The notes below the pieces were generated by a model. The model was given only the letters and a program-made list of their open reading frames with translations, was not told where the DNA came from and did not search any database. A stretch of DNA of 64,000 nt, taken from the NCBI GenBank assembly GCA_030647205.1, contig JAUSJO010000002.1, forward strand, positions 113,112-177,111, given 5' to 3'. Position 1 is the first letter of the stretch; each line of letters starts with the position of its first letter. This document shows, one piece after another, positions 1 to 9,315 of the stretch. Made by a program: the position numbers and the translations under genes. The DNA is from a bacterium (GTDB lineage Bacteria; Patescibacteriota; CPR2; UBA1875; JAJYID01).

Positions 1-18
1 AAGGATGAAGGGAAGCAG

Positions 19-1101
19 ATGATTCAAACTGCGAGCAACGATGTTGCTTCATCCCAGAAGTTTAGAGACGAACTCACAGCGCCAGTCGAAAAAGCAAAAG
101 TTGATTTCCCCGGTAAGAAAGACGACCTGACTATGCGTCAGGCGGAGTTCAACCGGCGGGTCGATGAGTCGGCGACCGCTCTAACCTCGGCGAAGGCCCA
201 GGAAGCGGCGGCAAGTCCCGACTATGCAGTCTGGGGAGATTCGTGTGTTACCATCACTACGAACAACGAATGGATAAAAGGCGAAGACCAAAATGTCCGA
301 AACAAGCTGAACGAACTGCCAAGGTCCTATAGTTGGACTCTGGTTGATCAGCGTGAGGACTTCTTCGTCACAATCCAAAAAACGGTCTGGGATGATTGGG
401 CCGAAATCGACAACGATAAGGACTATACCTACGAATCGCGGCAAGTTGACAGAGATACCTACGCGTATTTCGAAAGCCTGTCGGACGAAGACGCCCTTGA
501 CTTAGGGAAGATCGATCAGGATAAATGGAATTCCCTGAATATCGATCAGAGAGAGGGCCCAAACGATTCCACGGAGAAGTTCTACGTCGGTGACCTCCCG
601 TACACCTGCTACCATAAATATTTGGTAGAGGAGAACGGACAGGTTCACGAGGAAGACTGGAAGGAAGTAGACGAGGCGACATTCGCAGCGAACGAGGCAG
701 ACCTAGGGATGGTTATTATGACCAAACCTGTCGGCTTGTACGAAGAGGATGTCATCAAGGTTGCTTCCCCTCCGGGCTTCGCTTATGTCGATAATCCGCG
801 GTATGGCCAGTGGAACACGGATGGCAGTGGAAACTCATTCTGGGTTTTCTACGGCCAGTACGCCTTCATCAGTAACATGCTCGGTGGAAACAGCATTTAC
901 CGAAATGACTGGGACACTTGGAACCGCGACTATCGCGGTAGGCAGCCGTACTATGGGAAAGATGAAGGTTACGGCACCTACTCTGGCAACTATGCCGGAA
1001 CGACCTATGGCCGTTCCGGCGGTATAGAAGCAGAGGATCCTAGTGTTCGTGAGGCCGGCTCAAGTGCAAGAGGCGGCGGTCCCGGTGGCGGAGGTAAATG
1101 A
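19..1101 (+). CDS. Hypothetical protein of the polyamine (DUF350/speE) cluster, Gly-rich C-terminus; probably 5'-truncated
   Basis: Frame is open back to base 1. Ends RGGGPGGGGK. First gene of the DUF350-speE block. Confidence 0.7.
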   Translation: MIQTASNDVASSQKFRDELTAPVEKAKVDFPGKKDDLTMRQAEFNRRVDESATALTSAKAQEAAASPDYAVWGDSCVTITTNNEWIKGEDQNVRNKLNELPRSYSWTLVDQREDFFVTIQKTVWDDWAEIDNDKDYTYESRQVDRDTYAYFESLSDEDALDLGKIDQDKWNSLNIDQREGPNDSTEKFYVGDLPYTCYHKYLVEENGQVHEEDWKEVDEATFAANEADLGMVIMTKPVGLYEEDVIKVASPPGFAYVDNPRYGQWNTDGSGNSFWVFYGQYAFISNMLGGNSIYRNDWDTWNRDYRGRQPYYGKDEGYGTYSGNYAGTTYGRSGGIEAEDPSVREAGSSARGGGPGGGGK

Positions 1102-1122
1102 CAAACAGGAAGGAGGGGCTAT

Positions 1123-1953
1123 ATGTCCTCTTGGAAATGGATAATCGTCGCAATACTGCTAAGTCTTGCAGTCCTCTACATCGTAAAGAAGTGGCTGGAC
1201 TACAGGACGCCGTATGACGATGACAAGTGCGTCATTGAAGACTGCAACATGGCAGTCTCACTTCGGAGAATCGGTTGGTTTATCGGTATCGCTTTAGCGC
1301 TGGCCGGTTCTCTTACTAGCATTACCAAGGACGTCGATGGGTTACTTGAGTTCCTTATGGATTTCGCGATAGCATTCATACTGCTGAACATAGCAGGGAT
1401 GCTCGCGAATAAAGTAATCTTACCGAGAGTGAATAACAGCGAAGAGATCGGTAAAGGAAACGTTGCTGTTGGCCTTCTCGAGGCAGGAGTGTATATCGGC
1501 CTCGGGACTCTTCTATTCGGAGCCTTCACCGGTTCCGGAGGAGGAACGCTTTCCGCTGCGGTTTTCGGTTCAGTCGGCGTACTGTTGTTTATCCTGCTGT
1601 TTAAGATTATCGATTGGGTTACACCGATCGACCTCTCCACAGAAATATCGGGAGGGAGTCTTGCAGCAGCCATGTCAACAATCGGCGATTTGCTTTCGCT
1701 AGGGCTTATCCTTGGCGTCAGCATTGCAGGCCCCTTTGAGGGTTGGGCAAAAGACTTCCAGTCATTTGCCGTTAGCGCAGTGTTGGGAGTCGTCGCCCTC
1801 ATGGTGATACAGAAGCTGGTTGACTGGTTTTTCCTGCCTAAAGTCACAATCAACGATGAAATCAGGTCAGGCAATCTGGCCTCGATGGTGCTCGTAGAAG
1901 GCACCACGCTGGCAGTAGTAATAGTAGCCAGCGTGATGCTGGTTACCTTCTAG
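1123..1953 (+). CDS. DUF350-family membrane protein (two tandem domains)
   Basis: Multi-TM with repeated 'EEIGKGNVAVG', 'TEISGGSLAAA', 'DEIRSGNLA' motifs; SD GGAGG; upstream of speE. Confidence 0.75.
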   Translation: MSSWKWIIVAILLSLAVLYIVKKWLDYRTPYDDDKCVIEDCNMAVSLRRIGWFIGIALALAGSLTSITKDVDGLLEFLMDFAIAFILLNIAGMLANKVILPRVNNSEEIGKGNVAVGLLEAGVYIGLGTLLFGAFTGSGGGTLSAAVFGSVGVLLFILLFKIIDWVTPIDLSTEISGGSLAAAMSTIGDLLSLGLILGVSIAGPFEGWAKDFQSFAVSAVLGVVALMVIQKLVDWFFLPKVTINDEIRSGNLASMVLVEGTTLAVVIVASVMLVTF

Positions 1954-1961
1954 TCAAGTCA

Positions 1962-1997
1962 TGCCCTCCCCGGTTCGTAAAAAAACCGGGGAGGGCA
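1962..1997. other. 14-bp perfect intergenic hairpin (processing/stability or attenuation element)
   Basis: TGCCCTCCCCGGTT ... AACCGGGGAGGGCA with no U-tract after it on the + strand. Confidence 0.6.
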
Positions 1998-2018
1998 CAA
2001 ATGCATTGGAGGGTTCAA

Positions 2019-3737
2019 ATGAGCACAGTCGAAGGCGTAGTGCCGATGGTTGGTAAAGATTCGCGGATCAAGAAGCATACTCCAAGTATTCTGCTTGGGG
2101 CGACCATGTTCTTCACCGGAGGAGCTGGTCTGGTTGCCGAGTATATTTTAAGTACTGTTAGTACTTATGTTCTTGGCAACTCGATTGAGCAGTTTTCTGT
2201 GGTAATCGCCCTTTCGCTCCTCATGATGGGGGTCGCCAGCTTGTTACAGAAGTTTATAAGCGACAAAAATATCATAGAGAAGTTCATCGGTGCCGAGATA
2301 CTACTAGCTCTGCTCATCGGTTTCTCACCGATTGCTATGTATGCGGCTTATGGAACAGTCAAAGACCATTTTGCGCTGATCCAGTACAGCTTCATTGTAT
2401 CAATCGGTTTCATCATCGGACTGGAAATACCTCTGGTCATGAGGATTAATGAGAAGTACATCAAGGGGCTTAGTACGAACATTGCTAGTACACTGTCACT
2501 CGACTATGTTGGCAGTTTCGTCTTCGCTCTTCTCTGGGTGTTTTTCCTGCTCAGGAAGTTCCCTCTTACGGAGATCAGCTTCATAATGGCTTTCGTTAAT
2601 CTCCTTGTAGCCAGTGTTACTTTTTGCTACTTCGCCAAGGCGGGGTTGGTAAAAAAGTGGACAAGAATCCTCGTAGTGATAACTGCTACCTTCTGCCTTA
2701 TAATCTTTGGTTTCGTTTCGAACCGAGGTTGGGCTATGGAGCTGCAGCAGAAACTATATGATGATCCGATTGTCTACAGCGAGACGACCAAGTATCAACA
2801 GCTGGTCATGACGGAGTCGAAATCCCTTGGGGAATATTCGCTCTTCATCAATGGAAACAAGCAGTTTTCCAGCCTGGATGAGCATATCTATCATGAAATG
2901 CTCGTACATCCGGTCATGACGCTTGTTCCTGACCACTCGCAGGTACTGGTAGTTGGCGGTGGAGATGGTCTGGCTGTCAGGGAGCTCCTTAAGTATCCGG
3001 ACGTGGAGAATGTCGACCTTGTCGATATTGATCCTGGGATGATCCGGTTTTCTACGGAAAATCCGATCATGTCCCAGCTCAACAAGGGATCCTTCAAGGA
3101 TGCAAGAGTTCATGCTTCTGCTTCCGAGGGAGTCAAACCTGGTACCCTAAACAGGCCAGTCTTCAAGGGGAACGATCAGTTCAATGATAAAGGCCGGGAG
3201 ATGGTAGATCAGGTAGCATCTGTCAATATCTTCACGGTAGATGCTGACCTCTTCGTCGGACCTGAAAACGGCAAAAGGTATAACGTTATCATTGTTGACC
3301 TGCCGGATCCCGAGTCTGTGGAACTTTCCAAGCTTTACAGCCAGGAGTTCTACAGGAAGTTAAATCGGCTTCTCAGTGATACCGGTGCGATTGTGGTTCA
3401 ATCCACATCTCCCTATCACGCGAAGGAAGCTTACCTCACGATCAACCGGACGATTGACGCTTCTGGTTTCAGTACTCTTCCCTATCACGTAAACGTACCT
3501 TCGTTCGGTGACTGGGGTTGGGTGATGGCAACCAAAAAGACAACTTCGGTTGACATGAAGGAGGAAATAGCCGCTGGCTCTTTTCCTTCTGATACACAGT
3601 ACATCACACAGGACGTGTTCTTGGGATCCACAGTTTTTGGCAAAGGCTGGTTGGACTCCGAAAACACAGACATTAGCACCTTAATGAACCCGGTCATACT
3701 AGACCGATATGTCCATGACGGATGGAAAGTAGATTAG
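2019..3737 (+). CDS. speE: Polyamine aminopropyltransferase (spermidine synthase) with N-terminal membrane domain
   Basis: Motifs QFSSLDEHIYHE, VLVVGGGDG, VDID, IIVDLPDP, VPSFGDWG; about 7 N-terminal TMs. Start moved to ATG 2019 behind GGAGG. Confidence 0.9.
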   Translation: MSTVEGVVPMVGKDSRIKKHTPSILLGATMFFTGGAGLVAEYILSTVSTYVLGNSIEQFSVVIALSLLMMGVASLLQKFISDKNIIEKFIGAEILLALLIGFSPIAMYAAYGTVKDHFALIQYSFIVSIGFIIGLEIPLVMRINEKYIKGLSTNIASTLSLDYVGSFVFALLWVFFLLRKFPLTEISFIMAFVNLLVASVTFCYFAKAGLVKKWTRILVVITATFCLIIFGFVSNRGWAMELQQKLYDDPIVYSETTKYQQLVMTESKSLGEYSLFINGNKQFSSLDEHIYHEMLVHPVMTLVPDHSQVLVVGGGDGLAVRELLKYPDVENVDLVDIDPGMIRFSTENPIMSQLNKGSFKDARVHASASEGVKPGTLNRPVFKGNDQFNDKGREMVDQVASVNIFTVDADLFVGPENGKRYNVIIVDLPDPESVELSKLYSQEFYRKLNRLLSDTGAIVVQSTSPYHAKEAYLTINRTIDASGFSTLPYHVNVPSFGDWGWVMATKKTTSVDMKEEIAAGSFPSDTQYITQDVFLGSTVFGKGWLDSENTDISTLMNPVILDRYVHDGWKVD

Positions 3738-3758
3738 CTACTCCCATCTGCGGGATAC

Positions 3759-3795
3759 AAAGGGGCTGCGCTTAGGCGCGGCCCCTTTTTCTTTT
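3759..3795 (+). terminator. Intrinsic terminator
   Basis: GGGGCTGCGC/GCGCGGCCCC stem followed by TTTTTCTTTT. Confidence 0.85.
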
Positions 3796-3917
3796 GCTAA
3801 TATACACATCAAATCGACAAAAATGTTGACATTTATAAATGTTTATGTCAAAATCATAATTATATTTAAAGATCACCTCTTTATTAGCAATTTGAAAAAA
3901 CTAGGAAGGGAGAACCG

Positions 3918-4232
3918 ATGTACTACCTTGCACTCGCTATACTTAGTATTGGGCCGATATTTATCGCTTTGGTAGTCAACCACTGGCTTCTTATGGCCAG
4001 CGGCAAAAAACAGCAACTGGAGGGGATTGCGGCTTTTAAGCCAATCTATCTCATCATGCCCTTTCTGGCACTCATGGCCCAAGACGCTTTCAAGGATGAC
4101 TCATTCTTGTACTGGGTCGCGTGTGTCGAGTTTATAGTATCAATTGTCGGTGTAGGTTCGGTTGTGTCTTATGCAACAATCAAAGGAGTAAATAAGGTTG
4201 CGTCAGAACCGGTAAAGCACCAGGGCAAATAA
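3918..4232 (+). CDS. Small 3-TM hypothetical membrane protein
   Basis: ORF with AGGGAG SD, upstream TTGACA and downstream terminator. Confidence 0.65.
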   Translation: MYYLALAILSIGPIFIALVVNHWLLMASGKKQQLEGIAAFKPIYLIMPFLALMAQDAFKDDSFLYWVACVEFIVSIVGVGSVVSYATIKGVNKVASEPVKHQGK

Positions 4233-4262
4233 CTGTCCCATTTCCTTTAACGTTAGTATTGG

Positions 4263-4292
4263 GCCCCACTGAAAAGTGGGGCTTTTTCTTTT
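4263..4292 (+). terminator. Intrinsic terminator
   Basis: GCCCCACT GAAA AGTGGGGC followed by TTTTTCTTTT. Confidence 0.85.
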
Positions 4293-4302
4293 GTAGCTTG
4301 AA

Positions 4303-4335
4303 AGAAATGAAAGCAGAGTTTAAGATATTAAAGTA
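4303..4335 (+). repeat. 33-bp direct repeat copy 1 (overlaps TTGAAA-N17-TAAGAT promoter)
   Basis: AGAAATGAAAGCAGAGTTTAAGATATTAAAGTA; 30/33 identical to 6031..6063. Confidence 0.8.
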
Positions 4336-4338
4336 GTT

Positions 4339-4680
4339 ATGTTAAATAAAATACTAAGAGTAGTTGATAAGAAATCTTTTACAAAAGTATCTCTTTTGGC
4401 ATTGCTTTTAACGTGTGTAGCTCTTTTACTGTTAAATTCATTTCCTTTGAGTAGCAAAGTCTTTTTGTATAATGACTGTCCACCACCCATGCTTTGTGAC
4501 TCCGAAGGAGTTACAAGCGGATATGGATTTCCTTGGATATTTAAAACAGAAGGAACTTTATCTGGTTCTGAAATTAATTTTGGCTTTCTGGCTTTAGATT
4601 TCCTTTTTTATTTTATTATTTCGTTTGTTCTATTCTCTATGTTTTATAATATAAAAAATAATAAAAAAAGAAATAAATGA
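4339..4680 (+). CDS. 2-TM Cys-pair G[FW]P-motif protein, paralog 1
   Basis: TM - CPPPMLC - YGFP - LALDFLFY TM - basic tail. Confidence 0.8.
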   Translation: MLNKILRVVDKKSFTKVSLLALLLTCVALLLLNSFPLSSKVFLYNDCPPPMLCDSEGVTSGYGFPWIFKTEGTLSGSEINFGFLALDFLFYFIISFVLFSMFYNIKNNKKRNK

Positions 4681-5015
4681 TTACAAAAAAGCAGTTTACA
4701 ATATCCTTGGTCGCAGCCTTAGTCTTGTCTTCTCTTTTTATGGTTTTAACTGGTTTTGTTCTTGAGGGAGAGGTTGTAAGGAGTACGGGATGTGAACCAT
4801 ACCCATATCCTGACTGTCCAAGCAGTGCAACGTATGGTTTTGGATGGCCTCTAGACTATAGGGAAGTAGTAAGTCTAAGTGGGCTGTCTCTCCACGCTGA
4901 AACAGACTACGACTATTTGAATGGTGCTTTAGACTTTCTATTCTATTTTATCCCAACCCTCGTCATTCTTTATCTTTTATTTCTTCTAAAAGATCGTAGA
5001 GAGGTAAACAATTGA
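4677..5015 (+). CDS. 2-TM Cys-pair G[FW]P-motif protein, paralog 2
   Basis: CEPYPYPDC, FGWP, ALDFLFYFIP; ATGA overlap with the previous gene. Confidence 0.8.
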   Translation: MITKKQFTISLVAALVLSSLFMVLTGFVLEGEVVRSTGCEPYPYPDCPSSATYGFGWPLDYREVVSLSGLSLHAETDYDYLNGALDFLFYFIPTLVILYLLFLLKDRREVNN

Positions 5016-5383
5016 TTACAACCAAAAAACCAACTAAAAAAACTATACTTGTAGGTATTATTATCTCTTTTCTATTATTAGTTGTGACTACTATAGGTGT
5101 CGGATATGACGAATGTATATCTGATATCTTTGCTGAGACTTTTTCCAAGGAATATCACTACTTTGGGTTTGGTGAATATTGTGAGCAACGATCTAATCTC
5201 AGCTTTATACCCGGTTATGGCCAAGGATTCCCTTTTACTGCAATTAAGTGGGACGGAGGAGATTCTGCACCTGCTCCCTTGCTGGTTCTGTCAGGAATCG
5301 TTCTAAACTGGATTATTTATTTTGTACCGATATTTTTTATCCTTTATCTTTACCAATTAGTTAAAAGTCAAAAGAAACAATGA
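5012..5383 (+). CDS. 2-TM Cys-pair G[FW]P-motif protein, paralog 3
   Basis: Two Cys in the loop, QGFP, LNWIIYF; 4-bp overlap, TTG start. Confidence 0.75.
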   Translation: MITTKKPTKKTILVGIIISFLLLVVTTIGVGYDECISDIFAETFSKEYHYFGFGEYCEQRSNLSFIPGYGQGFPFTAIKWDGGDSAPAPLLVLSGIVLNWIIYFVPIFFILYLYQLVKSQKKQ

Positions 5384-5715
5384 TTACAAAGAAACAGCTT
5401 AAAATATCAATCTTGGTAAGCTTTGGATCCACCATAGTAGCAATGATTTTAATGTGGCTTGTTCCAGTCGGTACCTGCTGGTATAACGAGCATCCGAATA
5501 CTCCCGGCTTCCCGCCTACGGTCGACTTTTTTAACAGTTGCCCCTCATATGGGTTTCCCCAAAGAATCAAACCATGTTGTGACAACTATCTTTCTGACAT
5601 AATAATTATTTCTTTAATAATTGATACTATTATTGTTATTCTTATTAGTTTTCTTTTGAGTATTTCCTGCCTTTACCTAATAAATTATTTAAAAAAATCA
5701 CGGAGAAGTAAGTAA
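5380..5715 (+). CDS. 2-TM Cys-rich G[FW]P-motif protein, paralog 4
   Basis: MITKKQ start, SCPSYGFP, four loop Cys; ATGA overlap. Confidence 0.75.
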   Translation: MITKKQLKISILVSFGSTIVAMILMWLVPVGTCWYNEHPNTPGFPPTVDFFNSCPSYGFPQRIKPCCDNYLSDIIIISLIIDTIIVILISFLLSISCLYLINYLKKSRRSK

Positions 5716-6051
5716 ATGGCTAAAAAGAAACAAATAATAATATCTTTCTGTTTTGCTGCTGTCATATCAGTTGCAATTTCGACATTAACTGGACAATTTA
5801 TAGATAGAGGTAGCGAAATAATCTCGGACGGATGTAAGCCTACTCCCTTCCCCGATTGTGCAAGTACTAGCTTGGTCAAATATGGTTGGCCACTGATATT
5901 TAAAGAAGTAAAAACAGGTAGTGGTGATGTTGCCATAGACATAATAAAATATAACTATTCCAATGTAGCATTAGATTCTCTTTTTTACTTTATCCCAGCT
6001 TTTGTAATAACTTTTCTCTTTTTGTCTTTGAGAAATGAAAGCAGGGCTTAA
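5716..6051 (+). CDS. 2-TM Cys-pair G[FW]P-motif protein, paralog 5
   Basis: CKPTPFPDC, YGWP, ALDSLFYFIP; most similar to paralog 2. Confidence 0.8.
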   Translation: MAKKKQIIISFCFAAVISVAISTLTGQFIDRGSEIISDGCKPTPFPDCASTSLVKYGWPLIFKEVKTGSGDVAIDIIKYNYSNVALDSLFYFIPAFVITFLFLSLRNESRA

Positions 6052-6063
6052 GATATTAAGGTA
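6031..6063 (+). repeat. 33-bp direct repeat copy 2
   Basis: AGAAATGAAAGCAGGGCTTAAGATATTAAGGTA immediately before paralog 6. Confidence 0.8.
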
Positions 6064-6375
6064 ATGAAAAAACTTATGATTACAAAAAATAATATATTGA
6101 AAATATTTATAATCAGCTTTCTTTTGGCACTTATTTTAACAGTTTTAACGTCGATATTTTTCACTAGGTATACTACTCCGCAATGCACCCCTTACGAAAT
6201 TTGCCCGGATTTGGCAATTCAAAATTATGGATTTCCTTTTGTCATTAAAGATACTTATCTCAATCAAGGGGTTTCTATAACTAGTCTGTCTTTGAATTTT
6301 ATGATTTATTTCTTCATTTCAGTTGTTATGCTCTCTGTCTTTTACATTTTGGAAAATCGTTCAAAGAAAAAATAG
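6064..6375 (+). CDS. 2-TM Cys-pair G[FW]P-motif protein, paralog 6
   Basis: CTPYEIC, YGFP, LNFMIYF. Confidence 0.8.
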   Translation: MKKLMITKNNILKIFIISFLLALILTVLTSIFFTRYTTPQCTPYEICPDLAIQNYGFPFVIKDTYLNQGVSITSLSLNFMIYFFISVVMLSVFYILENRSKKK

Positions 6376-6441
6376 GCTTGACTTTTGGGCTAATGTGTGA
6401 TAGTATGGGTTCAACGTTTTGAAGTTCTCAAAAATCTATAA

Positions 6442-7095
6442 ATGAAAATAACCGAGGAAAATATTGCTAATGCTGATGATTTATCAGCCGTTGATGAACT
6501 CGTTTCAAAGTGCGAGCGATGCTCTTTATATAAAACGAAAACGAAAGACGTTACGGGTATTGGCAGTGAAAAAGCTCAAGTGATGTTTATCGGAGAGGCA
6601 CCAGGAAAAGATGAGGATTTACAAGGAGAACCGTTTGTCGGACGCGCCGGACAGCTTTTGACCGAACTAATTCAAGGTTTAGGTTGGGAGCGAAAGGACG
6701 TATATATCGCAAACGTTTTAAAACACCGCCCACCGAATAACCGAGATCCATTGCCGGAAGAAGCGGAAATGTGTTGGCCATATCTGAAGCAGCAAATTAA
6801 GATTATAGATCCAAAACTAATCGTATTTCTAGGCAGACACGCAATGAACAGGTTTTTCCCGGCACTCAAAATTTCAGAGTGTCACGGAAATGCATTTAGA
6901 AAAGATTTCAACGGACGAAAACAAGTATTTCTAGCTTTATATCACCCTGCGGTAGCAATCTACAACGGCAATATGAAAAAGACATTAGAAGAAGATTTTG
7001 ATAAAATTCCAAAAATTTTAAAGAAGATAAATGAAGAAGGTTTAAATAATAATAACGATAATAATAAAGAAACAGAGCAAACTAAACTATTTTAA
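6442..7095 (+). CDS. udg: Uracil-DNA glycosylase, family 4
   Basis: Cxx[26 protein letters not shown] motifs. Confidence 0.92.
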   Translation: MKITEENIANADDLSAVDELVSKCERCSLYKTKTKDVTGIGSEKAQVMFIGEAPGKDEDLQGEPFVGRAGQLLTELIQGLGWERKDVYIANVLKHRPPNNRDPLPEEAEMCWPYLKQQIKIIDPKLIVFLGRHAMNRFFPALKISECHGNAFRKDFNGRKQVFLALYHPAVAIYNGNMKKTLEEDFDKIPKILKKINEEGLNNNNDNNKETEQTKLF

Positions 7096-7160
7096 AAAAG
7101 TAAAAGAACTCTAAAAAAGTCCCGCTTAAGTGCGGGCATGAAAGGAAAAAAATTAACAAA

Positions 7161-8951
7161 ATGAATCCAAAAAACAAACCACGAAGAAATATGCCAACAG
7201 CGCATGACGTGGCAATTAAACAAAAACATATTAAAACAAAAAACGAAACGGTAATGCAGGCTTCGATGCCGCACGCATCCGGAAAGGGTAAACTAAAAAT
7301 TATTCCTCTTGGAGGTTTGGGCGAAATCGGAAAAAACATGACTGTTTATGAATACGAAAACGACATTATCATCGTCGATATGGGATTTATATTCCCCGAT
7401 GGCGATATGCTGGGAGTGGACTATCTAATCCCTGATATTTCGTATCTTCAGGATAAAAAAGACAAAATCCGAGGAGTACTTATTACTCACGGACATGAAG
7501 ATCACGTTGGCGGTATTCCGTTCATCATGCCTCAGATCAATGCGCCTATCTATGCGCCGAAACTGACCTGTGGTTTGATCGAAGCGAAAGCTAGCGAACA
7601 TCCTCAGCTCAAACATTTGAAACTAAATGTCATAGACCCTGATAAAGACAAGTTGAAACTTGGTGCTTTTGAGGTCGAGTGGTTTCGTGTAACTCACTCC
7701 ATACCTGACTCAGTGGGTATAATCTTAAACACGCCTGAAGGCAGAATAGTCTATACTGGTGACTTCCGGTTTGACCACTCACCGGTTGACGGTAAGAAAA
7801 CTGATATTTCAAAACTTTCCCGTCTTGGCGATGAGGGTGTTTTGGCACTTCTGTCTGACAGTACAAATGCCGAAGTTCCGGGATTCTCTGTCAGCGAGCA
7901 GACGATAGCGGCTACATTTGACAATATCTTTGAAAAAGCTGAAGGGAGAATAATCGTTGCTGCCTTTGCTTCTCAGATTAACAGAATTCAGCTGGTCATA
8001 AATGCTGCGCAGAAACATCACAGAAAAATCGCATTTTCCGGCAGAAGCTTGCTGCGAAACATAGAAGTTGCGGTCCGACTTGGGTATCTCAAAATTCCTC
8101 AAGGAATTGCGATGAAAGTTCAAGATATAGCTACTTACGCTCCTGATAAAATTGTTGTTATGAGCACCGGTTCTCAGGGTGAGGCAATGGCAGCGTTATC
8201 GAGAATGGCTCGTGGCGAACATAAACAAATAAAGATTGGCAAGGGCGATACTGTCGTTTACTCATCTTCTCCGATTCCTGGAAACGAGTCTTCTATCACA
8301 ACTGTTGTGGATGATCTTTTCAGAAGAGGCGCAGAAGTGATATTTGACGAAAAGGACGGTGACAGAACTCATGTTTCCGGACATCCGGGTCAGGAAGAAC
8401 TGAAGCTGATGATGGAGCTTGTCCGACCGAAATACCTTGTTCCATGGCATGGTGAAGTTCATCATCTTGTCCATCACGCACAGCTTGCACAGTCTATAGG
8501 CATTCCAAAAGAAAACACATTCATTTTAGATAATGGTAATGTTTTGGAAGTGTCAAACGGCAGAGTTGTGAAAGCTGAAAAGAAAGTCGTAAACGGTGTG
8601 GTCCTAGTTGACGGACTTGGCATCGGCGATGTCGGTGAGATAGTTCTCCGTGATCGTAAAGTAATGGCGACTGAAGGAATGTTTGTTGTTATCTGCACGG
8701 TTGATAAGAAAACCGGCAGACTGCTGACTTCACCGGACATTATTTCCCGAGGGTTTATCTACATGAGAGAAAACGAACAGCTTGTAAACAACGCCCGAAA
8801 TGAAGTGAAGAAAATGGTGGCAGTACGTGACGGTGAACCGCTTCCGGACTGGACAAAGATGAAGCTGAAGATCCGCGACCACGTCAGCCAGTATCTCTAC
8901 AATCATACCAAACGTAGCCCGATGGTTATCGCCGTTCTGATAGAAGTGTAA
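7161..8951 (+). CDS. rnj: Ribonuclease J
   Basis: PLGGLGEIGKN, THGHEDH, HSIPD, HVSGH motifs. Confidence 0.96.
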   Translation: MNPKNKPRRNMPTAHDVAIKQKHIKTKNETVMQASMPHASGKGKLKIIPLGGLGEIGKNMTVYEYENDIIIVDMGFIFPDGDMLGVDYLIPDISYLQDKKDKIRGVLITHGHEDHVGGIPFIMPQINAPIYAPKLTCGLIEAKASEHPQLKHLKLNVIDPDKDKLKLGAFEVEWFRVTHSIPDSVGIILNTPEGRIVYTGDFRFDHSPVDGKKTDISKLSRLGDEGVLALLSDSTNAEVPGFSVSEQTIAATFDNIFEKAEGRIIVAAFASQINRIQLVINAAQKHHRKIAFSGRSLLRNIEVAVRLGYLKIPQGIAMKVQDIATYAPDKIVVMSTGSQGEAMAALSRMARGEHKQIKIGKGDTVVYSSSPIPGNESSITTVVDDLFRRGAEVIFDEKDGDRTHVSGHPGQEELKLMMELVRPKYLVPWHGEVHHLVHHAQLAQSIGIPKENTFILDNGNVLEVSNGRVVKAEKKVVNGVVLVDGLGIGDVGEIVLRDRKVMATEGMFVVICTVDKKTGRLLTSPDIISRGFIYMRENEQLVNNARNEVKKMVAVRDGEPLPDWTKMKLKIRDHVSQYLYNHTKRSPMVIAVLIEV

Positions 8952-8957
8952 GCTTTT

Positions 8958-9040
8958 GTCACTCTTGAGTGTAACGAAGGATCTCTATCTTTGTCATTAC
9001 CGTACTGAACCTAGTTCAGCATAAACTCCGGCGAGAAGTC
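8958..9040 (+). repeat. Degenerate GTCA-type REP palindromes (two)
   Basis: GTCACTCTTGAGTGTAACGAAGGATCT at 8958; GTCATT...CTGAACCTAGTTCAG at 8993. Confidence 0.55.
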
Positions 9041-9053
9041 AGTTTCTAAATAA

Positions 9054-9262
9054 TTTCCACTTTTTTAGAAAAAGTGGAGTAAAAATTGCGGCTTAGACGG
9101 CATCTTAAAAGTGTCGGATTCTAATTTACTTCAGGTTTGAAAAACCGGACTCCTTCCAGTCGGCCTAAAGGCTAATCGGTCTTTTCAAATCTTCATCAAA
9201 TCTTATCCTCGCTTTTCGATCCGATAGCCGCAAGAGAGCTCCCTTTGAAAAAATCATGCCGG
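9054..9262 (+). repeat. Dispersed structured repeat, copy 1
   Basis: Invariant TCCACTTTTTTAGAAAAAGTGGAGTAAAAAT, long rod (TGCGGCT...AGCCGCA), and CCTTTGAAAAAATCATGCCGG tail. Confidence 0.92.
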
Positions 9263-9315
9263 ATTAAATACAATTGAGGCTGTAATAATTTATTGAAATC
9301 TATTATAATAGCACC

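Noticed and set aside
1200-1907. Long antisense ORFs (this one and many others in the track)
   Set aside because: They are shadows of well-supported genes on the opposite strand, with no SD or family motifs.
4339-6375. Paralog array as an integron cassette array
   Set aside because: Genes overlap or abut with no room for attC sites, and the only tyrosine recombinase looks like housekeeping Xer and is 44 kb away.
9056-9086. Repeat 5' hairpin as a simple rho-independent terminator
   Set aside because: The stem is AT-rich, no U-tract follows on either strand, and it is always attached to a larger conserved structure.
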